A stretch of 64,000 nt of DNA. It comes from an uncultured Pseudomonadota bacterium (GTDB lineage: Bacteria; Pseudomonadota; Alphaproteobacteria; Rs-D84). Both the position numbers and the translations under genes were made by a program. Of this stretch, positions 37,238 through 45,747 are shown piece by piece. The notes beneath the pieces were generated by a model, which saw nothing but the letters and a program-made list of their open reading frames with translations, searched no databases and was not told where the DNA came from. Position 1 is the stretch's first letter, and each line of letters starts with the position of its first letter. The stretch spans positions 71,623-135,622 of the forward strand of contig CADBDF010000002.1 of assembly GCA_902793435.1 (NCBI GenBank), given 5' to 3'.

Positions 37238-38506
37238 ATGAGCGACAAAAATATGAATTCATCAGAAGATAAAAAGAATAACCAGTTTTGCAGTTTCTGT
37301 GGCAAAGCGGTGTACGAGGTTAAAAAGTTAGTCAGTGGTCGTAACGTTTGTATTTGTGATGAATGTATCGCGTTGTGCAATGATATTATGGCGGACGATT
37401 TACGCAATGATGTTGTGAAAAATGGTGCAACAAAATTGCCGACCCCACATCAAATATGTGACTTTTTAAATGAATATATTATCGGTCAGACGGAAGCGAA
37501 ACGTACATTGTCGGTCGCTGTGTATAATCATTATAAACGGCATACTGTTGCAACGAATACAGATGTTGAGATTCAAAAATCTAATGTGTTGTTGATTGGT
37601 TCGACTGGGACTGGTAAGACTTTATTTGCGCAAACTTTGGCGCGCATATTGGATGTTCCTTTTGCGATTGCTGATGCAACGACGCTTACCGAGGCTGGGT
37701 ATGTCGGTGATGATGTTGAAAGTGTTTTGACGCGTTTGTTGCAAAATGCGAATTTTGATGTTGAACGTGCAAGTCGCGGAATTATCTATATCGATGAAAT
37801 TGATAAAATTGCACGTAAATCTGAAAATCCATCATTAACACGTGATGTTTCCGGCGAAGGTGTGCAACAGGCTTTGTTGAAATTAATAGAAGGTACCGTT
37901 GCAAATGTCCCAGCGGGTGGTGCAGGGCGCAAACACCCGGGCGAGGCCACTGTTCAATTGGATACATCAAAAATATTATTCATCTGTGGTGGTGCATTTG
38001 ATGGATTAAATAAAATTATAGGTGCGCGTAAAAGTGTTCGTGCCGGTATCGGTTTTGGCGCAGAGGTGTCGTCCAAACAAGAACGCGAGGGTAAAAATAA
38101 TTTGGCTGATGTTGAACCCCAAGATTTGGTAAAGTTTGGAATTATTCCTGAATTGGTGGGACGTTTGCCGATTATCACAACTTTGCAAGAGTTAGATGAA
38201 TCTGCATTGGTAAAGATTTTGACAGAACCGAAAAATGCGATAGTAAAACAATATGCGGCTATGTTGGATTTGGACGGTGTGAAACTGACTGTGACACCGG
38301 ACGGATTGCGTGAAATTGCGAAATTGGCGGTGAAACGCAAAACAGGTGCGCGTGGATTGCGTAGCATTTTGGAAAAAATATTGTTGGAACCAATGTTCGA
38401 GGCACCCGACAGAAAAGATTTGACTGAAATAGTAATTGATAAAGATGTGGTGTTGGATAAAAAGAAACCAGTTGAAATTTTTGCGGAAACAAAGAAAGCC
38501 GCATAA
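37238..38506 (+). CDS. clpX: ATP-dependent Clp protease ATP-binding subunit ClpX
   Basis: The zinc-binding region is CSFCGK...CICDECI, Walker A is GSTGTGKT, and IYIDEIDK and GARGLRS are present. Confidence 0.95.
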   Translation: MSDKNMNSSEDKKNNQFCSFCGKAVYEVKKLVSGRNVCICDECIALCNDIMADDLRNDVVKNGATKLPTPHQICDFLNEYIIGQTEAKRTLSVAVYNHYKRHTVATNTDVEIQKSNVLLIGSTGTGKTLFAQTLARILDVPFAIADATTLTEAGYVGDDVESVLTRLLQNANFDVERASRGIIYIDEIDKIARKSENPSLTRDVSGEGVQQALLKLIEGTVANVPAGGAGRKHPGEATVQLDTSKILFICGGAFDGLNKIIGARKSVRAGIGFGAEVSSKQEREGKNNLADVEPQDLVKFGIIPELVGRLPIITTLQELDESALVKILTEPKNAIVKQYAAMLDLDGVKLTVTPDGLREIAKLAVKRKTGARGLRSILEKILLEPMFEAPDRKDLTEIVIDKDVVLDKKKPVEIFAETKKAA

Positions 38507-38514
38507 AAAATGAA

Positions 38515-38550
38515 TAAAAAAACACCCCGATTTTTTCGGGGTGTCATTTA
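38515..38550. terminator. Bidirectional intrinsic terminator between clpX and the convergent tail-fibre-like gene
   Basis: The stem is acaccccga/tcggggtgt, with an A-run upstream. Confidence 0.6.
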
Positions 38551-38614
38551 TTTGGAACCAAGCCTTTTAAAGTTTAATGGGAGTTGAATTCGGGGCCAAT
38601 TCCAAATAAAACTG

Positions 38615-39985
38615 TCAATCTGCACTTTCTATAATCTCGTACCAGTGCGGAACAATAACACCGTTTTCTTCGGTTTCGACCAGCAGGCACTTTTTGCCGG
38701 CGGGGCAGTTTTCGTCTGGACGGGTTTGTTTGGTTGCCTGCAAATCTGCAATCGCCTTGGTTTGATTTATTGTGTTTGTGACGACATCACGTATGGTCGC
38801 AATCGTGCTGTTTAAATCATTTACGACCGGACTAAAACGCGCACTGTTATACGCAGTCGTCGCAATTTTGATTGCGTTGGTGGCGATTGTTGTGACAACA
38901 CTGGCCCCCGATGACAACAGGGTTGTAATGGTCATACCAGTCACACCGCCAGTACGATTATTAACCGGTGCGGTGGTCATGGTTTGTCCCGCGACAGATT
39001 CCGTTGTTGCTGTTGCTAACGGATATACGATTATAACAGGTGTTCCCGCGTTGTATTGTGCAGCAAGCCAAGCCTTAAATGCTGTTACATCATTATTTGC
39101 CGTATCATACCTAATTTGTAGCCAAGCCGACTCAGTCGCACGATAAATAGAGTTATCTGTTGTTAAATTGCCTGTAAATGCAAAATGCGAACACGCCATA
39201 ACGTTGCTTTCAGACACAGGAACCAAGCCTTGAACCCTAAATCTATTATTGTTTAATCCCCAAATCTCCGTTCCATCAAGCACCTTGACCCCGACATTGC
39301 GGGTGATTGCGCCAGTGTTGATATTTTGTGTGTCACGATAATCGCCCACACCCAACAAAGTCGCCACCGTCGCCGTATGATTTGCACTGTCCGCAATCGT
39401 TTCAACCTCGCCATCGGTGTAGATTTGTCCGTATGGCATATACGGTGTTGCAGTTGAGCCGCGTTCTAATTGTAAAATATCGTCACATTTATAAACGTCA
39501 TTTACACCAACCGTAAGATATAAATACTTTGCTGATGTTGCTGTCGTAATTGTTATATCTACACCCTCCGTTCCACCACCATTTTGTGCGGTTTGTAGCA
39601 CTTTGTCACTACTATCTACAACAACCCAATACGGTGTGTTGGCTTTTATTTTTCCAAAAGTATAAGTCGTATTTGGCTGAACTTCAATACGATAAACATT
39701 ATATCTGTTATTTGGTGTGGTAGAAAACCCTGTTTGACCAACGGTTGCAGAACTTATATAATTCCTACTTTGGTATGGTGTTTGGTCTTTATCAAACAAA
39801 TTCTTACTTACTTTCAACACCCCATTATTGCTCACAATGTCCATTGGTGTATTTGGGGTTGGTGTGCCGTTTTGTGTGACCAAACCCGCCACAGTCACCG
39901 ATGATATTGGACCCGAATTTGTTTCTGCTGACCAACCAGAAATCGTTACCAACAGTCCCAGCAACCCAAACAACAGTTTTTTCAT
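38615..39985 (-). CDS. Exported tail-fibre-like mosaic protein A (paralog of 49383..51428)
   Basis: The signal peptide is MKKLLFGLLGLLVTISGWSA. LQLERGSTATPYMPYGQIYTDGE resembles phage fibre or receptor-binding module junctions. Three blocks are shared with gene B. Confidence 0.75.
   Translation of the reverse strand: MKKLLFGLLGLLVTISGWSAETNSGPISSVTVAGLVTQNGTPTPNTPMDIVSNNGVLKVSKNLFDKDQTPYQSRNYISSATVGQTGFSTTPNNRYNVYRIEVQPNTTYTFGKIKANTPYWVVVDSSDKVLQTAQNGGGTEGVDITITTATSAKYLYLTVGVNDVYKCDDILQLERGSTATPYMPYGQIYTDGEVETIADSANHTATVATLLGVGDYRDTQNINTGAITRNVGVKVLDGTEIWGLNNNRFRVQGLVPVSESNVMACSHFAFTGNLTTDNSIYRATESAWLQIRYDTANNDVTAFKAWLAAQYNAGTPVIIVYPLATATTESVAGQTMTTAPVNNRTGGVTGMTITTLLSSGASVVTTIATNAIKIATTAYNSARFSPVVNDLNSTIATIRDVVTNTINQTKAIADLQATKQTRPDENCPAGKKCLLVETEENGVIVPHWYEIIESAD
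38630..39004 (-). repeat. Inverted homology block 3 (C-terminal module), partner 51036-51410
   Basis: The nucleotide sequence is largely identical in reverse complement and encodes TESVAGQTMTTAPV.NRTGGVTGMTITTLLSSGASVVTTIA...CPAGKKCLLVETEENGVIVPHW. Confidence 0.8.
39266..39472 (-). repeat. Inverted homology block 2, partner 50538-50744
   Basis: Only scattered substitutions occur over ~200 nt. It encodes GSTATPY.PYGQIYTDGEVETIADSANHTA.VATLLG.GDYRDTQNINTGAITRNVGVKVLDGTE. Confidence 0.85.
39791..39922 (-). repeat. Inverted homology block 1, partner 50091-50222
   Basis: It encodes TNSG.ISSVTVAGLV.QNGTPTPNTP......NNGV.KVSKNLFD. Confidence 0.75.
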
Positions 39986-40159
39986 CTTTCTCCCCTTTGT
40001 GTTTTTTGCATCGCAAAAATAAAAACACCGCTAACGGAGTTGAGCGGTCGGGGTGCTAGAAAAATCAAGAATGGTAATGATCCCGCGCATATCGCTAAGC
40101 GCAGACACCCCGCCAAAAAACGCAGGGTTAAAATCATTGGGGAAATATAAAATCGCGCC

Positions 40160-40202
40160 AAAAAAAATTTTGCACCGTCGATTTTATATAGTGACGGTGC
40201 AA
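40160..40202 (-). terminator. Intrinsic terminator of the 40440..43028 gene
   Basis: The 10-bp stem ttgcaccgtc/gacggtgcaa is followed by an 8-nt T-run on the minus strand. Confidence 0.65.
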
Positions 40203-40439
40203 AACACAGAATAGTTATCGCGTGGTCACAAAGACCAAATCGACCTTTTTTAGGTTTCTTTGGGATAACGATACAGGTCATGCACCGACCATTCTTAAGG
40301 CTTTTCTAGGGCCCCGAATACAACCCCCGTTGTATTCTGTTTTTTAGTATATAAAATTTGTTTTTGTATTCGCAACAAAAAATTATGTTGATTGTTTTTT
40401 TGTGTTCGCAAACCGCCGGTTTGCATGTGGAATATGTTG

Positions 40440-43028
40440 TTAGCTGCCCGAGGAGTTATCTTCCCAGTGTGCAGACAATGTTGTATTTGATTTAATGTCC
40501 CATTTGTTTGCAGATGTACCGTCTGCGTTGTAATATTTTTTGTCATTGGCATCATAAAATCCTGCAAATGTAGAATTTGTTTTTGTGGGAAGTGTGCTTA
40601 GTGTAGGCATGTTCATACCGTATGATGCAATGACAGGTGTTGGACCATTTTGCCCACCATTAAGGTTAAATGTTACGGTATATGTGCAAAATGCATACAA
40701 TGTTGTATTTGATGTAATGTCCCATGCACGCGTTGCGTTTCCATTTGCATCAAAATATTGTGTGCCGCCACCGTTCGGTTCTGTGTAATATCCTTTAAAA
40801 CTGCTGCTTGTATCTGTTGGTGGGGTAATGGTGATTTTTGTGCCTTGTTTTATTTCAGCAGTATAATTGTTGTTGCTGTCGTTTTGTAAATCAAATGTTA
40901 TTGTATATGTTGCAGGTGTTATTATTGGTGATTTGCAATAACCCCAACTTTTATTTGCACCTGTTTCAGTATAGAATTGTTCCAATAATTCAACCGATGT
41001 ATCTGATGTGCTGTTATATGCGTTTGATACCCATATTCCACCCAGACGTTCGCATTCGCGCGATAATTCTGTGCCCATTGCAATACGCATTTTGTCCATA
41101 ACTATATTGATGTCTTGTAATACAGCGGTTGGAACATTGTTTGCCAATGTTTCATATTCAGATGGACGAATACAAACCTGCATCGCATAATTTACAAAAC
41201 GTTGATATAAACTGTTTGCATAATCAACACCACAGGTTTGTGTGTCTATTGATGATGTGTCGTTGCATTTCGCAATCGTGGCATATCGTTGGTCCCCAGG
41301 TGAATATACGCGACATGTGTATGGATATGTATGTAATGTATCCGTTGATTGAACCGCGCATAAATTATTTCCAAAATCTTGCAACAGATTTTGACATTCG
41401 GCGACAATTCTTTGACTGACAATGTCGTGCATTGCATTTACCAATGCCGTCAATCCATTTGGTCCGCCACCGTAAAGGTTGCTGCATGTGTCTAATTTTT
41501 CACGACATAAATCTTCGACGGTTTCCATGTTTAAACCCAATAATGTTTTGTCGCCTATATTACTGAAATCTTTTAATTGATTTGTTTGTGTGTCATAACA
41601 ATCATTTACAACACCCAAACATTCTGTGCGAACAGTACGAATTTTTTCTTGCTGTTTTTGATGGATTTCTATAATCGCCTGGCGCATGAATTCGTCCCAA
41701 ATGTCGCCAGATAAATCACGACATTTATCCAAAGATTTTTCTGCAAAAATTTTTTTTGTGTTTAATGTATTTACAATCATGTGGTTTGTTTGATTGTTTA
41801 ATATATTCCCAGATAATGATATTTGATTCGCCAGGTTATAAAAGTTTGGACTGTATATCGGTTCCCCAGAATCAATGTTTAAATATAATCCTGTGATGTC
41901 CAAACAATGCACAAAGTCAGGTCCGCATGCCGTATTCGCCGTCAGGTCTTGACGGACAGATGCGATACAATCGTTAATTGATAATGAATTGTGTGCATCG
42001 TAATTTTCCAGGCGTGCAACGCCCATTTCGCGACCTGTTTCACGAATTGTGCTGTTTGTTGCATTTTTTTGTTTATCTAAATTTGTCGCCAGATTAGAAC
42101 AATCGTTTTCTATATACATTCCGTATGCAGATATTATCATATTTAAACTGGATTCAGGACATTTTTCAGCCACCATGTTTGAACATTGTGCATTTACCGC
42201 GTTATACAATGTTTCGCCTGTCAGGTTTGCAATGTTTGCGCCCGATGCCAAATCTGTGGTCGTCCATATTGATTTTATGTCGCCACCGGCATCCAATGTC
42301 CCGGCGGTTGATAATGATTTATTTTTTGCCTGGGTTAAAACATCACTGATTGTATTTAATGTTTGTGCGGATTGTGAATTGTCGTGTGATGCCGCCACCG
42401 TTTGTTCGCCAACCGTTGCAGATGTCATTGCGGCAACTTCGCCCGCTGATTTTTTTATTATGTCCATATTTAAATCGTGAAATGCGGTTAATGAATCTGT
42501 GCTTTGCGATAGGGCAGATTGTTTTTGTTTGATTTCGTTTAATCTGGATGAACAAATACAACGGCGGTATGTGTCGTCCATTGATGCACAAAACTGGTCC
42601 ATACAGGTAAAGTATGCGTCGCGGCACGTTGTGTAATCTGCGCCAAATGCGGCCTCGTTATTTGTTGCAGAATTTGTCGGTAAAATTGATGCCGCGCGAC
42701 CAACAATACTTTTGTTTTTTATTGGGGTGTATAATAATCCAGAACGCGATGATATGACTGTGCGTTGTGGTGTGCGTGTTGCTATGTTTTTTGTGCTGCG
42801 TGCATTTGTTGTTTGTGGGCGTGATATGGATATTGCAGAACGTTGTGCGTTGCGCGGTTGTGATGATGTGTCACGTGTGCGCACAGATACAGTCGAACGT
42901 GAAACAGATTGGGTTTTTGTGTTTGTTGATGTGCGTGTTGGTGACGATGCAGACCGTTCAGCCGCATTGGCAACACCAATGCACAAACAGCATGATAAAA
43001 CAAGATATAAAAAACCCTTCCTATTCAT
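40440..43028 (-). CDS. Giant secreted cysteine-rich protein (family with the N-terminal C-x2-AY-x2-CMD-x-FC motif) with two C-terminal Listeria-Bacteroides (Flg_new) repeats
   Basis: The signal peptide is MNRKGFLYLVLSCCLCIGVANA, followed by a Ser/Thr/Arg-rich spacer and CRDAYFTCMDQFCASMDDTYRRCICS. The C-terminus has YTITFDLQND...FKGYYTEPNGGGTQYFDANG...TLYAF and YTVTFNLNGG...FAGFYDANDKKYYNADG...TLSAHW. Confidence 0.8.
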   Translation of the reverse strand: MNRKGFLYLVLSCCLCIGVANAAERSASSPTRTSTNTKTQSVSRSTVSVRTRDTSSQPRNAQRSAISISRPQTTNARSTKNIATRTPQRTVISSRSGLLYTPIKNKSIVGRAASILPTNSATNNEAAFGADYTTCRDAYFTCMDQFCASMDDTYRRCICSSRLNEIKQKQSALSQSTDSLTAFHDLNMDIIKKSAGEVAAMTSATVGEQTVAASHDNSQSAQTLNTISDVLTQAKNKSLSTAGTLDAGGDIKSIWTTTDLASGANIANLTGETLYNAVNAQCSNMVAEKCPESSLNMIISAYGMYIENDCSNLATNLDKQKNATNSTIRETGREMGVARLENYDAHNSLSINDCIASVRQDLTANTACGPDFVHCLDITGLYLNIDSGEPIYSPNFYNLANQISLSGNILNNQTNHMIVNTLNTKKIFAEKSLDKCRDLSGDIWDEFMRQAIIEIHQKQQEKIRTVRTECLGVVNDCYDTQTNQLKDFSNIGDKTLLGLNMETVEDLCREKLDTCSNLYGGGPNGLTALVNAMHDIVSQRIVAECQNLLQDFGNNLCAVQSTDTLHTYPYTCRVYSPGDQRYATIAKCNDTSSIDTQTCGVDYANSLYQRFVNYAMQVCIRPSEYETLANNVPTAVLQDINIVMDKMRIAMGTELSRECERLGGIWVSNAYNSTSDTSVELLEQFYTETGANKSWGYCKSPIITPATYTITFDLQNDSNNNYTAEIKQGTKITITPPTDTSSSFKGYYTEPNGGGTQYFDANGNATRAWDITSNTTLYAFCTYTVTFNLNGGQNGPTPVIASYGMNMPTLSTLPTKTNSTFAGFYDANDKKYYNADGTSANKWDIKSNTTLSAHWEDNSSGS

Positions 43029-43069
43029 ATTTAACAATAATGATACCAAAAAATGCGTATAAAAGGAAA

Positions 43070-43093
43070 TAAAAAATGCACCGTATGGTGCAT
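43070..43093 (-). terminator. Intrinsic terminator of infA
   Basis: The sequence atgcacc-gtat-ggtgcat has a T-run on the minus strand. Confidence 0.65.
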
Positions 43094-43115
43094 TGAATAA
43101 CAGAATAAATTTGCG

Positions 43116-43364
43116 TTATGCGTTTGGTGTGTCAGGTGTCGCACTGTTGCGTTCAATAAATGTGATGCGACCTTTGTCTAAATCATATGGGGTCATTTCA
43201 ACGCGGACCTTTTTTCCAACATTGACCCAAATGCGATTTTTACGCATTTTCCCGCAAACAGTTGCAATGATTTCATGGCCGTTGTCCAACATAACACGAA
43301 ACATTGTGTTCGGTAATTTGTCGGTGACTGTGCCAGTGAAAACGATAACGTCGTCTTTTGCCAT
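43116..43364 (-). CDS. infA: Translation initiation factor IF-1
   Basis: [69 protein letters not shown] matches IF-1. Confidence 0.9.
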   Translation of the reverse strand: MAKDDVIVFTGTVTDKLPNTMFRVMLDNGHEIIATVCGKMRKNRIWVNVGKKVRVEMTPYDLDKGRITFIERNSATPDTPNA

Positions 43365-43500
43365 AAAATAAATCCTTTTGTTTTGTTGCGGTAATAATAA
43401 AGCCAGAACACTAAAATATCAAGATTTTTTTTACTATCGCTTGAAACGATATGTTTTTTTTGATAAAATTATACTTGATTATAGTTATGCGGAGAGAGAT

Positions 43501-45726
43501 ATGAAAATAAAAAATCTTGCACTGGTTTTATGTTTTTTGCCGATTGCGGCGTGGGCTGCAACCGGTGAAAATAGCGCGCGTGTCGGTATGACGCGTTCGA
43601 ATTCTGCATCGGGGGTGCGTATGTCGTCGGTTAGTAATATCGTGACCAAAAAAGTTGCGGCTGCGCCGGTCGTGGAACAACGTAGCGGGGCAAGTGTTGC
43701 ATCAAATTCATCAGCCACAAATGATACAGATGTTGTCGAAGAAGACGAAGTTGTTGTGGCAACTGAAACAAAAAAAGCAACTGTGTCGGCGGAAAATTGT
43801 CGTGATGCGTATAGAGAATGTATGGACGATTTTTGTTTGCTGGACGAAACCGAGGGTTCGCGTTGTGCGTGCAGTGATAATATTGAACGGTCTAAAAGTT
43901 TAATTCAACAAATTCAAAAAATTCAAGGTGAGGCAGATGATTTATATACAACCGGTGTTGAACGCGAAAAATTAGGTGCCAAGGCAAAGTTGGTTTTTGG
44001 TTCGTCTGATGCGGCAAAAAAAAGTTCTTTGAAATCAGGATTGGATTTTTCAGCCTGGTTGAATAGTGGGACAGATGACGACACAGCAGATGTTGGCGAA
44101 GATATGGATATTGGTCAAAATCTGTATGCAATGGCGGCAGATGCGTGCAAAGCTGAATTGGCGGCGTGTGGTTCCAAGGCCAAGGCCGAAGAAACTTTAT
44201 ACAGTCGTATGATTGTTAATGATTGCAAGGCATTTGGAACATATTTAAATGACCAAAAACGCGAAGCAGAAATGAATAAAAAGACGGCCGAGGCGGCGGT
44301 TCGTTCTGCGCGTTTGGAAATGTTAAATACTACAAATAAATATAACCGCGGTGAATGTTTGTTGGTGTTTCGTTCTTGTATCGCTGACAAGGGTGGTTGT
44401 GGTGTGAATTTTGAAAATTGTTTGGACGAAGGTTTGCTGACCCGTCGTTCGCACGCATGCGAAGATGTGTTGGATCAATGTATGGCGGTGCGTGATGATG
44501 TTTTAAAAGATTGGCAAGAAGAATCTGTTGCGGTGTTAAAAGATGCGGCAAAGTATGCTGATAAAAATGAACGCGCAACATGTTTGGCAAAAATCCAAAA
44601 CTGTTTGGAAGAAGGTTGTTCAACATCTACGAATTCTGCGTGTTTGACAGATGTTAATGTTGCCGCAGGAATTTGCCCAATTATCACAGAATGCAATGAC
44701 AAAATACCAGGACTGCAAACAGTTATAAATGATAAATTGGGATATTTGCAAACAAAATTCTGTGAAAACGATTTAGATGCTTGTTTGAAAGATAAATGTG
44801 GAACAGATTTTACAAAACCGGAATGTGTTGGTAGAAATCCAACAGAAATTGCGAAATTGTGTCCTCAATCAATGTTTCCATCTTGCAAAGGCGCAACACA
44901 ATATGATGTGTTGGTGTCGTCTGCGATGTTGCATATGGATTATCAGTTGTTGACAGGTTGTATCAATCAATTTGCGGAAAAATTAACCGCTGTTTGCGGA
45001 ACAGATATGGCATGTATCCCGGTGTCTAAACTGTTGCCGGTGGTTGATAAATGGGTTGATTTGAATTCGGCTGATGGTAAAAAAATATTGGCAAATGCGG
45101 AAAGTGCGGCCAATACGGCGGTTGATGAATTCTTTGCAGATTTTAGTAAAGATTTGACTTTGTCTGCATGCCAAGATGTTTATGGAAAAAATCCAAAGAA
45201 AGTTAAAGATAAAACAGGTATGCAAGACAGTATTAATATGACTGCTAAAATGATTGCATATACCAATGCACGCGCACGCGCGGATCGTGAATTGGCATCG
45301 GTTATGAACGAATTGAAAATCAAAGAAGAAACAGATAGAAATCGTAAATATTGTATGAAAAAGTTCCAACAAGAACAAGAACCTGACAAGGAAGGTAGTT
45401 ATAGTTATATCCGCAGTGCAACATACGAACCAAGTTTGCAAAGTTGTCATGTGTGTCGTATGCAACGCGTTTGTGAAAAAGGTGGTGAAAAGAAATCTAC
45501 ATCTGCATTGAAATCTGCGGCGGGTGGTTTGGCGGCGGGTGCGTCGGCTGGAACAATGGTCAGTCCTGGTTGGGGAACGGCGATTGGTGCGCTTGTTGGT
45601 GGTATTGGTGCCGGTGTGATGGGTGCAATGTCTGGGGGCGAAGAAGAATTCTGCCAAGAATTAGAATCGTGCGAAGATATTAATATCGCCGGTGTGACCC
45701 AAGAAGAATTAGACGAATTACAATAA
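43501..45726 (+). CDS. Giant secreted cysteine-rich protein (same family) with a C-terminal glycine-zipper helix
   Basis: The RBS ggagagag precedes ATG 43501. The signal peptide is MKIKNLALVLCFLPIAAWA. CRDAYRECMDDFCLLDETEGSRCACSD and AAGGLAAGASAGTMVSPGWGTAIGALVGGIGAGVMGAMSGG are present. Confidence 0.8.
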   Translation: MKIKNLALVLCFLPIAAWAATGENSARVGMTRSNSASGVRMSSVSNIVTKKVAAAPVVEQRSGASVASNSSATNDTDVVEEDEVVVATETKKATVSAENCRDAYRECMDDFCLLDETEGSRCACSDNIERSKSLIQQIQKIQGEADDLYTTGVEREKLGAKAKLVFGSSDAAKKSSLKSGLDFSAWLNSGTDDDTADVGEDMDIGQNLYAMAADACKAELAACGSKAKAEETLYSRMIVNDCKAFGTYLNDQKREAEMNKKTAEAAVRSARLEMLNTTNKYNRGECLLVFRSCIADKGGCGVNFENCLDEGLLTRRSHACEDVLDQCMAVRDDVLKDWQEESVAVLKDAAKYADKNERATCLAKIQNCLEEGCSTSTNSACLTDVNVAAGICPIITECNDKIPGLQTVINDKLGYLQTKFCENDLDACLKDKCGTDFTKPECVGRNPTEIAKLCPQSMFPSCKGATQYDVLVSSAMLHMDYQLLTGCINQFAEKLTAVCGTDMACIPVSKLLPVVDKWVDLNSADGKKILANAESAANTAVDEFFADFSKDLTLSACQDVYGKNPKKVKDKTGMQDSINMTAKMIAYTNARARADRELASVMNELKIKEETDRNRKYCMKKFQQEQEPDKEGSYSYIRSATYEPSLQSCHVCRMQRVCEKGGEKKSTSALKSAAGGLAAGASAGTMVSPGWGTAIGALVGGIGAGVMGAMSGGEEEFCQELESCEDINIAGVTQEELDELQ

Positions 45727-45747
45727 TTTTCATAGATGGAGAGAGAT

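Noticed and set aside
39982-40567. ORFs 39982-40281 and 40295-40567 on the minus strand.
   Set aside because: The first covers the leader and terminator region between two genes. The second overlaps the 3' end of the 40440 gene out of frame. Neither has an RBS or recognisable motifs.
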